Below, in pieces: positions 37,413 through 47,004 of a DNA stretch of 64,000 nt. The notes beneath the pieces were generated by a model, which saw only the letters and a program-made list of their open reading frames with translations, did not search any database and was not told the origin of the DNA. The stretch's first letter is position 1; each line of letters begins with the position of its first letter. The position numbers were made by a program, and so were the translations under genes. Source of the DNA: Casimicrobiaceae bacterium (lineage in GTDB: Bacteria; Pseudomonadota; Gammaproteobacteria; Burkholderiales; Casimicrobiaceae); assembly GCA_035541655.1 (NCBI GenBank), contig DATKMY010000155.1, positions 9,398 through 73,397 of the forward strand, written 5' to 3'.

Positions 37413-38363
37413 TCACACGGCGGCGGCGGCGATCGCTTTCGAGGCCGGCGGCAAGCTTGCGCGCTTCGTGCATTCGGAGGCGACCGCCTCGCGAATGATC
37501 GCGGCGAGGCGCAGCGTTCCGGGGCCCGCGGCGTCGCGGTCGGCGACGATCAGGTAGAGCTCGCCGAAGCGCTCGACGCCTTCGGAGAGATGCAGCGGCT
37601 GGAGCGTCCCCGCGTCGAGCTCCGCGCGAATCAGCTCCTCGGGAAACCACGCAAACCCGTGTCCGAGCCGCGCAGCGAGGATCGACGTCGCCATGGTGCT
37701 CACCGTCCAGCGCTGCTCGACTTCCAGCGACAGCGCTCGTGCGTCGCGCTTCGTGCCGGAATCGCGAACCAGCAGGTGGCGGTACGCGCGGAGATCGCGC
37801 AGCGTGAGCTCGCGACCGAGCCTGTGCAGCGGATGGTCCGGATGCGCGACGGGGATCGCGCGAAAACGCATGAGCGGATCGCCGAGAAAGCCTGGAGGAA
37901 TTCGCGGTGCGATAGCGAGATCGACCTTCCCCTGCAGCAGCGCTTCGCCGGTGCCTCCAAGCACCGATTCGATCACCTCGATTCGCGTCTGTGGACTTTC
38001 GATACCGAAGCGATTGAGGCACGAGAGCAGCAGCCACGTCGGAAACAGGATCTCGACCGCGATGGTGATCTCGGCTTCCCAGCCGGCGGACAGCGCCTTG
38101 GCGGCGCGCTCGACGCTCGCAGCCTCGTCGAGCAGCGCGCGCGCCCGGCGATAGAGGAGCTGCCCGGTAGGAGTCAGAACGGCCTTGCGACCCTCAATCG
38201 TGAACGCCTCGACGCCGAGCCGCGACTCCAGCTTGCTTATGGCGTAAGTCAGCGCCGACTGGCTTTTGTGCATCCGCTCGGCCGCTTGGGCGTAGCCGCC
38301 CGCATCGACGACAGCGGCAAGCGTGCGCCACTGCTCGAGCGTCACGTGGGGTATGTCAGCCAT
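37413..38363 (-). CDS. LysR family transcriptional regulator
   Basis: N-terminal wHTH (LEQWRTLAAVVDAGGYAQAAERMHKSQSALTYAISKLE) plus a LysR substrate-binding domain. Divergent from azoR. Confidence 0.9.
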   Translation of the reverse strand: MADIPHVTLEQWRTLAAVVDAGGYAQAAERMHKSQSALTYAISKLESRLGVEAFTIEGRKAVLTPTGQLLYRRARALLDEAASVERAAKALSAGWEAEITIAVEILFPTWLLLSCLNRFGIESPQTRIEVIESVLGGTGEALLQGKVDLAIAPRIPPGFLGDPLMRFRAIPVAHPDHPLHRLGRELTLRDLRAYRHLLVRDSGTKRDARALSLEVEQRWTVSTMATSILAARLGHGFAWFPEELIRAELDAGTLQPLHLSEGVERFGELYLIVADRDAAGPGTLRLAAIIREAVASECTKRASLPPASKAIAAAAV

Positions 38364-38458
38364 CTATCGAAATATTAGATCGATAATCGCCAATTATTAT
38401 GCTTTTTATCTAATTAGTAAAGCATCAAATTAGAGGCCATCGACAACGGAGGCCCACG
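38364..38458. promoter_or_regulatory. AT-rich divergent control region with LysR-type dyads
   Basis: A 95-bp strongly AT-rich island in a GC-rich genome. Dyad TATCGA-N9-TCGATA (38365-38385) and palindrome CTAATTAG (38410-38417). GGAGG SD before the azoR ATG. Confidence 0.55.
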
Positions 38459-39088
38459 ATGAAGGCACTGCTCCAACTGAACACCAGCATGTTCGCCGAC
38501 GGCGGACAATCGACGCAGCTCTCCGAACGCTTCGTCGCCGCATGGCGCAAAGCGAATCCCGGCGGGAAGGTCGTCGTCCGCGACATCGGCCGCGAGCCGG
38601 TGCCGCATCTGACGGCCGAGCGCTTCGGGGCATTGCTCTCGAAGCCCGAAGAGCGGACCGCCGAGCAGCACGCGATCGTCGCGTTCTCGGATGCACTGAT
38701 CGAGGAACTCCGGGCTGCCGACGTCGTCGTCATCGGGCTTCCGATGTACAACTTCGGCGTGCCATCCTCGCTCAAGGCGTATTTCGATCACGTCGCCCGC
38801 ACGGGTGTCACGTTCCGCTATACGGCGCGAGGGCCGAAAGGGCTACTGACCGGCAAGCGCGTCTATGTGTTCGCGACCCGCGGCGGCGCGTATACCGGGA
38901 CACCGCTCGACACGCAGACGGCCTACGTGCGCGATTTCCTGCGCTTCGTCGGCATCGACGACGTGGAGTTCGTTTACGCCGAAGGCCTCAACATGGGCGA
39001 CGAGCGCAAGGCGGTCGGCTTGTCGGCCGCGCACGAGGCGATCGACCGTATCGGAGCGACGCTGCGGCCCATGCCGATCGCAGCGTGA
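38459..39088 (+). CDS. azoR: FMN-dependent NADH-azoreductase
   Basis: MKALLQLNTSMF...S.QLSERFVAAWRKANPGGKVVVRDI...VIGLPMYNFGVPSSLKAYFDHV is typical AzoR. Confidence 0.9.
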   Translation: MKALLQLNTSMFADGGQSTQLSERFVAAWRKANPGGKVVVRDIGREPVPHLTAERFGALLSKPEERTAEQHAIVAFSDALIEELRAADVVVIGLPMYNFGVPSSLKAYFDHVARTGVTFRYTARGPKGLLTGKRVYVFATRGGAYTGTPLDTQTAYVRDFLRFVGIDDVEFVYAEGLNMGDERKAVGLSAAHEAIDRIGATLRPMPIAA

Positions 39089-39229
39089 CGAACTGCCCCG
39101 ATGCCGGCGTACGATGCTCGTGGAGCCGACCGGCAAGCACGCGCGGCATCCACCCGGTCGGGGCTTGATTCGCGCGTCGCGGATCCGCACATCGCGATAG
39201 CGGTCGACCCAACCCACACGGAGCAACAC

Positions 39230-40099
39230 ATGACCACCCGAACGCTCTCCAGCGTCATCGAAGCGATCCACACGTCCGACGGCGCCGGCGTCAAGCTGCG
39301 GCGCAGCCTCGGACAATCGCAGCAGGCACGCCTCGACCCGTTCCTGATGCTCGACCACTTTTCGACGGACGACCCGGACGATTACATCGCCGGATTCCCC
39401 GCGCACCCCCATCGCGGATTCGAGACGGTTACGTACATGCTCGACGGACATCTGCGCCACGAAGACCATCTCGGGCACACCGGCGATCTCAGGAGCGGCG
39501 GCGTCCAATGGATGACGGCCGGGCGCGGGATCATTCACTCCGAGATGCCGCAGCAGGAACAGGGCCGGCTGCGCGGCTTCCAGCTCTGGATCAACCTGCC
39601 TGCGCGCGAGAAGATGAAGCCCGCCGCGTATCGCGACATCCAACCCGAGGAGATCCCCGTCGTCGAGCTCGCGAACGGCGGACGCGTGAAGGTGATCGCC
39701 GGCTCGCTCGAGGTCGATGGCAAGGCGACGCCCGGACCGATTCGCGGCATCACGACCGACCCGACGTATCTCGACGTCTCGCTGCCGGCGGGCGTGCGCT
39801 TCAGCCACGCGATTCCTGCCGGCTATCACGGGTTCCTCTACGTGTTCGAGGGAAGCGTGGGTGTGGGGCCCGAAAGTGCCGTACGGCAGCTCGGCGTGCA
39901 CAGGGCGGGCGTGCTGTCGGACGGCGACGAGGTCGAGGTCGTCGGCGGCCCCGAAGGCGGGCGCTTCATCCTGCTCGCAGGGCGCCCGCTGCGCGAGCCT
40001 GTCGTCCAGTACGGACCGTTCGTGATGAACACGATGCAGGAGATCGAGCGTGCGATCCGCGACTACCAGACCGGCGAGCTGACGCACGCGGCGAGCTGA
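39230..40099 (+). CDS. pirin family protein
   Basis: 289 aa from ATG 39230. GFPAHPHRGFETVTYMLDG...QWMTAGRGIIHSEMP. Confidence 0.9.
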   Translation: MTTRTLSSVIEAIHTSDGAGVKLRRSLGQSQQARLDPFLMLDHFSTDDPDDYIAGFPAHPHRGFETVTYMLDGHLRHEDHLGHTGDLRSGGVQWMTAGRGIIHSEMPQQEQGRLRGFQLWINLPAREKMKPAAYRDIQPEEIPVVELANGGRVKVIAGSLEVDGKATPGPIRGITTDPTYLDVSLPAGVRFSHAIPAGYHGFLYVFEGSVGVGPESAVRQLGVHRAGVLSDGDEVEVVGGPEGGRFILLAGRPLREPVVQYGPFVMNTMQEIERAIRDYQTGELTHAAS

Positions 40100-40215
40100 C
40101 CGCTACAGCCGGGCCACCAAGGCAGCGCGGTCGGTCGTGGCGCGACGCCTGCGGTCGGGAGAAACGCGCTACGCTAGGCGCCTTTCAAATCGAGCGCGAA
40201 GCGGTCGCCGCCACC

Positions 40216-41394
40216 ATGGCAAGGAAGAAGCCGAACCCCGATCGGACGACGAGGGAGCCGCTGACGCGCCTCGCGAAGGGCCTGCCGGCCTCGTGGTACC
40301 ACGACCCGGCGCGTTACGCGCGGGAGCTCGAGGTCTTCTGGCATTCGCGCTGGATCGTCGCGGCCCGCGACGAGGAGATCGCGGGGATCGGCGACTGGCG
40401 GCTCGTCCGCATCGGCACGCAGTCGATCATCCTGGTGCGCGACGAGCGGCGTGCGCTGCGCGGCTTCCACAACACCTGCACGCACCGCGGCTCGATCCTG
40501 TGCACGGAAGACGCGGGCAATTTTGCGCGCCGGCGCATCGTCTGCCCTTATCACACGTTCACCTACGGCCTCGACGGCAGCCTGATCGCGACACCGCGGC
40601 GAATGGCGACGCCCGACTTCGATCCGAAGGACTTCTCGCTGTTCGACGTCGCGGTCGACTCGTGGGGCGGCTTCGTCTTCGTCAACCTTGCCGGCCGCAA
40701 GGCGCCGCCCCTGACCGAGGCGCTCGACGGGCTGCCCGACCGCTTCACGCGCTACGGATTCGAGCGATTGCGAATCGGCAAGCGGATCGTCGCCGACATC
40801 GAAGCGAACTGGAAGCTCCTCGTCGAGAACTTCTCCGAATGCTTCCACTGTCCGCCGGTGCATCCGGAGCTCTGCCGGATCGTGACCGCCTATCGCGACG
40901 CCGGTGCGTGGGGCCTGCATCGCGACGCGCACGGGGCACCGCGGCCCGAGTCGAAGCTCGAGTTCAAGGCGGGCGCGCAGACACTGACGCTCGACGGTAC
41001 GTCTCGCCTGCCGGCCTTTGCCGGCCTCGACCACGCCGAGCGGGCGACGCTCTACATCCCGGAGATGTCGGAGCCGAATCTCTTCCTCAACGTGCACCCG
41101 GACTACGTCAATGCGCACATGATGTTTCCGACCGGCCCGGAAAGTGTCCGCATCGTCTACGACTGGCTGTTCGAGCCCCAGCACCTGCCGCTCGACGGAG
41201 CCGATCTCGAACACTATGTCGCGCTCTGGGACGTGACGAATCGCCAGGACGCGCGCAATTGCGAATGGCAGCAGCAAGGGCTGCGCTCGCGCGAATTTCG
41301 TCACGGCGTTTACGTCCCGCAGGAGTTCGGCTGCGAGCGCTTCGTCCGGTGGGTCCGCGCGGGGCTCCGCGCCGCACCGCGAGGCGGCCGATGA
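40216..41394 (+). CDS. Rieske [2Fe-2S] aromatic-ring-hydroxylating-type oxygenase alpha subunit
   Basis: 392 aa from ATG 40216. Rieske motif CTHRGS...CPYHTFTY. Catalytic-domain region ENFSECFHCPPVHPEL. Confidence 0.85.
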   Translation: MARKKPNPDRTTREPLTRLAKGLPASWYHDPARYARELEVFWHSRWIVAARDEEIAGIGDWRLVRIGTQSIILVRDERRALRGFHNTCTHRGSILCTEDAGNFARRRIVCPYHTFTYGLDGSLIATPRRMATPDFDPKDFSLFDVAVDSWGGFVFVNLAGRKAPPLTEALDGLPDRFTRYGFERLRIGKRIVADIEANWKLLVENFSECFHCPPVHPELCRIVTAYRDAGAWGLHRDAHGAPRPESKLEFKAGAQTLTLDGTSRLPAFAGLDHAERATLYIPEMSEPNLFLNVHPDYVNAHMMFPTGPESVRIVYDWLFEPQHLPLDGADLEHYVALWDVTNRQDARNCEWQQQGLRSREFRHGVYVPQEFGCERFVRWVRAGLRAAPRGGR

Positions 41395-42104
41395 GTGCCG
41401 CCCGACCGCCGCCGCCCGCTGCGCCGCCCGGGCAAGAGAGCGCCGCGTTCGGGTGGATCGACCGTCTGGGGCCGATGCGGCGCCTCCTGATCGCGTTCGC
41501 GATCGGCATCGTCGCCTTCGCCGTGGAGCCCGAAGCGCTCTCGCCTCACACGCGGCTCGTCACAAGCTGGGACGCCGCAGCGCTCGTCTACCTCGCGCTC
41601 GCCTGGGCGATCATCGCCTTAGCCGATGCCAAATCGACACGCTCGCATGCGCTCATCCAGGATACGAGCGTCTTCATCATCTTCCTGTTCGTGCTGGTCG
41701 CCGCGTGTGCGAGCGTCGTGGCTATCGCGCTCGTCGTGGCCGCGATCAAGGATCTCTCGTCGTGGCCGAAGGCGTGGCATCTCGCGCTGACGGTGGTCGC
41801 GCTCACCTCATCCTGGGTGCTGATCCAGACCGTCTTCGCGTTCCACTACGCACGCCGCTACTACCGCGACGAGAAGCACAGCGCCGCGCAGGAGGGCGGC
41901 CTCGCGTTTCCCGGCGGAACCGCGCCCGACTACATGGACTTCGCGTACTACTCGTTCGTCGTCGGGATGACGTCGCAGGTGTCCGACGTCCAGGTGCTGT
42001 CGCCGAAGATGCGGCGGCTGACGCTCGCGCACGGCGTCCTCGCGTTCATCTTCAATATCGCCGTGCTGGCGCTTTCCATCAATATCATCGCGAGCGCGAT
42101 CTAG
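41391..42104 (+). CDS. DUF1345 membrane protein
   Basis: The ATG overlaps the oxygenase stop (ATGA). FAFHYARRYY...GGLAFPGG..PDYMDFAYYSFVVGMTSQVSDV matches DUF1345. Confidence 0.8.
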   Translation: MSAARPPPPAAPPGQESAAFGWIDRLGPMRRLLIAFAIGIVAFAVEPEALSPHTRLVTSWDAAALVYLALAWAIIALADAKSTRSHALIQDTSVFIIFLFVLVAACASVVAIALVVAAIKDLSSWPKAWHLALTVVALTSSWVLIQTVFAFHYARRYYRDEKHSAAQEGGLAFPGGTAPDYMDFAYYSFVVGMTSQVSDVQVLSPKMRRLTLAHGVLAFIFNIAVLALSINIIASAI

Positions 42105-42129
42105 CCGTTCCGCCGAAAGACCACGTGCG

Positions 42130-42519
42130 CTACGAGCGCGAGCGCAGCATCCGGTCGAGGCTCCATTCGCCACCGCCCGCCGCCGACAGATAGAGATAGA
42201 GAAAACAGTACACCACCGCGAGCTCGCCCCGGTTCAGGATGGGCCAGAAGCCCTGCGGGGCATGCGCGATGAAGTAGGCGAACGCCGCGAACCCGGAGAC
42301 GACAAACGCAACGGGACGCGTAAACAAGCCGACCAGGATCAGCAGACCGCCGAAGAGCTCGATCACGCCGGCCAGCCCAAGCAGCGACATCAACTCGACC
42401 TGCTTGCCGCTCAACAGGCCGAAGAGCTTCTGCAACCCGTGGGGTATCAGCAGAAAGCCGAGGACGATACGCAGCACGCTCAACAGCTTGGGCGCCCAGA
42501 TATTTCCTGATTCGTTCAT
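42130..42519 (-). CDS. DoxX family membrane protein
   Basis: LLSVLRIVLGFLLIPHGLQKLFG...IELFGGLLILVGLFTRP is the typical DoxX pattern. Confidence 0.8.
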   Translation of the reverse strand: MNESGNIWAPKLLSVLRIVLGFLLIPHGLQKLFGLLSGKQVELMSLLGLAGVIELFGGLLILVGLFTRPVAFVVSGFAAFAYFIAHAPQGFWPILNRGELAVVYCFLYLYLSAAGGGEWSLDRMLRSRS

Positions 42520-42565
42520 CGAGATACCGGTGGAGATTGGCCAAGGGGCGAGAATCGACCGAACG

Positions 42566-43639
<1,074 letters not shown>

Positions 43640-43656
43640 CGTGGACTCCTTGGGCC

Positions 43657-44499
43657 CTAGCTCTTGACCGCGCCAGCGGTCAGCCCGCCGACCATGTAGC
43701 GCTTGAACGTGTAGTAGATCGCCGCAGGCGGGATCGCATAGATCAGCCCGGTTGTCATCAGCAGCTCCCACGGCGAATCGTCGGCGGCGAGGAAGTTGCC
43801 GAGCGCGACGCCGAGCGTCACTTCGCGATCGTTCGACAATAGCAGGAACGCGTACAGGTACTCGTTCCACGCGAGCAGCAGCGCGTAGGTCCCGACCGCG
43901 ACGAGAGACGGCGTCATCAGCGGCAGATAGACGAGGCGAAAGAGCTGGAGCGGAGAGGCGCCGTCGATCTTCGCCGCTTCGTCGAGCTCGAACGGAAGCT
44001 TGTCGGACGCCTGCTTCAACACCCAGATCGCATAGGGCGTGGCGATCGTCACCATCGCGAGGATCAGCGCCCACTGGTTGTTGAGGAGCCCGTAAATACC
44101 CATGGTCTTGTACATCGGCACGGCGAGGAACGCCGCGGGGATGAAATAGGTGAAGAGCGCGAGGTTCATCGCGATGCGGCCGCCCTTGACCCGGAGCCGG
44201 CTGATCGCGAACGCCGCGCCGGTGGCGACGACGAGCGTCAGCAGTCCCGCGAGCACCGCGATGAACAGCGAGTTCCACATCTGCAGCCAGAAATTGTTCA
44301 GGTAGTGATGCTCCTGGCGGAAGACGATCTCGAAATTGCGCAGCGTCGGCGAGTCGGGCCAGAGCTGCCCGCCCATCGCCTGGTCCTTCGGCGAGATCGC
44401 GAACAGCAGCAGGTGGTAGATCGGCAGCAGCGTCCAGATCGCGAGCGGAATGCCGATCAGCAGCAGCTTCGCCTCCGTCGCGACGGCGCGCCACTTCAT
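43657..44499 (-). CDS. carbohydrate ABC transporter permease
   Basis: 280 aa, 6 TM, EAA-loop region DEAAKIDGASPLQLFRLVYLP. Confidence 0.9.
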   Translation of the reverse strand: MKWRAVATEAKLLLIGIPLAIWTLLPIYHLLLFAISPKDQAMGGQLWPDSPTLRNFEIVFRQEHHYLNNFWLQMWNSLFIAVLAGLLTLVVATGAAFAISRLRVKGGRIAMNLALFTYFIPAAFLAVPMYKTMGIYGLLNNQWALILAMVTIATPYAIWVLKQASDKLPFELDEAAKIDGASPLQLFRLVYLPLMTPSLVAVGTYALLLAWNEYLYAFLLLSNDREVTLGVALGNFLAADDSPWELLMTTGLIYAIPPAAIYYTFKRYMVGGLTAGAVKS

Positions 44500-44550
44500 G
44501 GGGCGGCCTCCCGCCGGGCCGCCCCGAGGGGGGCCATTGGCGCCTCGGGG
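44500..44550 (-). promoter_or_regulatory. intercistronic GC-rich region with two mutually exclusive hairpins covering the SD of the distal permease gene
   Basis: Hairpin 1 pairs GGGGCGGCC (44500-08) with GGCCGCCCC (44517-25). Hairpin 2 pairs CCCCGAGG (44522-29) with CCTCGGGG (44543-50). They share 44522-25. The SD GGGAGG (complement of 44507-12) lies inside hairpin 1. Confidence 0.4.
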
Positions 44551-44581
44551 AGGCGGCGAACGCAGCGAGCTCCGGCGGGGA

Positions 44582-45460
44582 TCACTTCGACAGGCGCTTC
44601 ATCATGAAGTACACGAGCGGCAGCACCGCGGGCAGCGCGATGACGATCGCCGCCATCGACATGTCGACCTCGTCGAGGCGCAGATAGCGGATGCCCAGCG
44701 TCGCGAGCACGTGCGTGAGATCCGCGGGCCCGCCTCCGGTCAGCAGGTAGACGCTGTTGAAGTCGCCGAGCGTGAAGATCATCGACAGGATCGTGCACGT
44801 CAGGTAGAGGGTGCGCATCGCCGGCCACGTGATGTAGCGGAACTTCTGCCAGCCCGTCGCGCCGTCGACGGACGCCGCTTCGTAGTGCTCGGCCGGGATC
44901 GCGAGTCGGCCGGCGATCAGGATCAGCGTCCAGAAAGGCAGCGATTTCCAGATGTGTACGAGCATCGCCATTCCGAGAGCGATGTACGGGTCGTTGAGCC
45001 AGTTCGGTCCGTCCGCGCCGGTCAGCCTGAAGATCAGCGAGTTGACGAGCCCCCATTCGGGGTTGAGCATGAAGCGGATCGAAAGGATCGTCGGAATCGC
45101 CGGCACCGCCCACGGCAGGATGAAGATCAGCGACAGCCACTTGATCCAGGCGCGCTGGACGACGAAGAATCCCGAGAGCACCAGCGCGACCATCATCTTC
45201 AGGTTGATCGCAAGAATCAGGAACGCGAGTGTGTTGAATACCGACCGCAGGAACACGGGGTCGTCGATCAGCTTCTCGTAGCTCGCCGGATGGCGCGCGA
45301 GCCACAACCCATAGCCGACCGGGAAGACCACGAACACGAGGAACACGAGCGCATACGGCGCGAGCAGCACGAACCCCCAGCGCTGCCACGGCGACAGCCG
45401 CTTGCGAGCCGGGCCGGTCGGCCCGACCGGTCGCTCGTCGGGGATTGCGAGCGTGGCCAT
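44582..45460 (-). CDS. carbohydrate ABC transporter permease
   Basis: 292 aa, 6 TM, EAA-loop region YEAASVDGATGWQKFRYITWP. Confidence 0.9.
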   Translation of the reverse strand: MATLAIPDERPVGPTGPARKRLSPWQRWGFVLLAPYALVFLVFVVFPVGYGLWLARHPASYEKLIDDPVFLRSVFNTLAFLILAINLKMMVALVLSGFFVVQRAWIKWLSLIFILPWAVPAIPTILSIRFMLNPEWGLVNSLIFRLTGADGPNWLNDPYIALGMAMLVHIWKSLPFWTLILIAGRLAIPAEHYEAASVDGATGWQKFRYITWPAMRTLYLTCTILSMIFTLGDFNSVYLLTGGGPADLTHVLATLGIRYLRLDEVDMSMAAIVIALPAVLPLVYFMMKRLSK

Positions 45461-45475
45461 GGAATAACGGTGAAA

Positions 45476-45505
45476 ACGACGCCGCGAGCGTTGCCGCGGC
45501 GTCGT
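45476..45505 (-). terminator. intra-operon stem-loop / partial terminator after the solute-binding gene
   Basis: Perfect 11-bp stem ACGACGCCGCG / CGCGGCGTCGT with an 8-nt loop. On the minus strand it is followed by TTTTCACC. Lies between the SBP gene and the first permease gene. Confidence 0.5.
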
Positions 45506-45516
45506 TCGTGTTAACG

Positions 45517-46893
45517 CTATCCGGCTACTTGTTTGATGCGGACGATCATCTCGTCCACTGCTTTGTCGACCGGAATCTTGTCGTTGACGACTCGGTTCAT
45601 CGCCTTCGCCCAGACATTCTCGTTGTTGAGGATCGTGAACTTGTAGTTCTTCGTGAATTCGAACGTGACCGTTCCGGCGTTGAACTGGTTGTACACGGCC
45701 TTACGATGCGGATCGCCCTGCCAGAACGGGCTCTTCGCGCCGGAGACCGTGACCGGGTACCAGCGGCCGAGCGCGCCCTCGACATAAGGCTGCAGGTTCT
45801 CGTCCTGCATCAGGAATTGCACGAACTCCTTTGCACGTCGCTTGTTCTTCGCGCCCTCGAAGATCACGCCCACCTTCACCGCGGCGCGGTAGACCATCTT
45901 GGAGCCGTCGGGCTTGTTCGGGAACCCGGCAGTTGCGATCAGCTCTTCGTAGTTCTTCTTCGCCTGCGCACGCTGCTCCGGCGACAACGTCTCGTTGTTG
46001 GCGTCGTCGAGCCACTTCGCGGCGATCGAGATCGTCGCGTTGTGCGTCATCACGGTCGTCTTGTTGTGGAACGCCACGTTGTTGTCCGGGTCTTTCCACG
46101 ACGTCGACGACGGCGGCGTGCAGCCCTTCGTGTAGACGCTCGTATAGTCGCGAAGCGCGTTGACGAGTCCCTGCTTGACCTTCGGGTCGTCGACCAGGAG
46201 CTTGCCGTTGTCGTCGACCAGCTTGACGTTGTACGCGTCCGCGAACGTCAGGAACGAATAGAACGAGTCGCTCGAATCGACACCCATCGGCTGGCCGATG
46301 CCATACGTCCGCTTGCCGGTGGCTTTCCTGTGCGCGGGCTGCACCTTGTCGCACCAGAAGTCCCAGTACGCCTTCCATTGCGTGGGGATATCGGATTCCT
46401 TGAAGCCCGCCTCCGCGAGCATGTCCTTCCAGTACTGGATGTGCATCGTCTGCTGCTTCAGCGGAAACGCGTAGTACGCCTTCTTCTTGGTCTTGTCGTT
46501 GTACAGATACGTCGTCTCGATCGTGTTCTTGAGGAACTTGTCCTTCATCGGCGCCATGATGTCGGAGATGTCCTCGAGCTTGCCGTCGAACGCCCACTTG
46601 CCGGCGACCTGGAAGTCGTAGACGTCGGCGTAGGCGACGTCAGGCGGCGTGCCGGCGTCGAGCGCCGCGACGGTCTTCGGGATCATGTCCTGCACCGGGT
46701 ATTGCGAGAGCTCGACCTTGACGCCCGTCTTGTCCTCGTACTTCTTGATGGTGGCGTACAGCGCGTCGTCCTCGGACTTGTAGAAACCCTTCACCCACCA
46801 GACGACGAGCTTCTCCTGCGCGAGCGCGTGCGTCGAGGCGATGAGCGCCGATGCCGCGAAGAGCGCGGCGCCCAGTTTCGAGACCAATTTCAT
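45517..46893 (-). CDS. ABC transporter extracellular solute-binding protein (family 1, sugar)
   Basis: 458 aa from ATG 46893, with an AGGAGG SD and signal peptide MKLVSKLGAALFAASALIASTHALA. Confidence 0.85.
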   Translation of the reverse strand: MKLVSKLGAALFAASALIASTHALAQEKLVVWWVKGFYKSEDDALYATIKKYEDKTGVKVELSQYPVQDMIPKTVAALDAGTPPDVAYADVYDFQVAGKWAFDGKLEDISDIMAPMKDKFLKNTIETTYLYNDKTKKKAYYAFPLKQQTMHIQYWKDMLAEAGFKESDIPTQWKAYWDFWCDKVQPAHRKATGKRTYGIGQPMGVDSSDSFYSFLTFADAYNVKLVDDNGKLLVDDPKVKQGLVNALRDYTSVYTKGCTPPSSTSWKDPDNNVAFHNKTTVMTHNATISIAAKWLDDANNETLSPEQRAQAKKNYEELIATAGFPNKPDGSKMVYRAAVKVGVIFEGAKNKRRAKEFVQFLMQDENLQPYVEGALGRWYPVTVSGAKSPFWQGDPHRKAVYNQFNAGTVTFEFTKNYKFTILNNENVWAKAMNRVVNDKIPVDKAVDEMIVRIKQVAG

Positions 46894-46963
46894 GAGACCT
46901 CCTCCTGTCGGATCGTGCTGCACTCGTTCGGCGTCGTCGCCGCGCTTCCCCGCCTCGCCCCGG

Positions 46964-46992
46964 AGCGTAAGGGGGCGGGCTTGGGGTGTCAA
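46964..46992 (-). promoter_or_regulatory. candidate sigma-70 promoter of the ABC transporter operon
   Basis: On the minus strand, TTGACA (46992-46987), 17 nt spacer, then TACGCT (46969-46964). Located about 70 nt upstream of the SBP start. Confidence 0.4.
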
Positions 46993-47004
46993 CCGCACGT
47001 GCGG

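Noticed and set aside
46993-47004. Perfect 12-bp palindrome CCGCACGTGCGG immediately after the dehydratase stop, considered as a terminator.
   Set aside because: A loop-less palindrome can form only a very short hairpin, and no U-tract follows. It abuts a TTGACA -35 candidate, so it may equally be a protein-binding site. The evidence is insufficient for either call.
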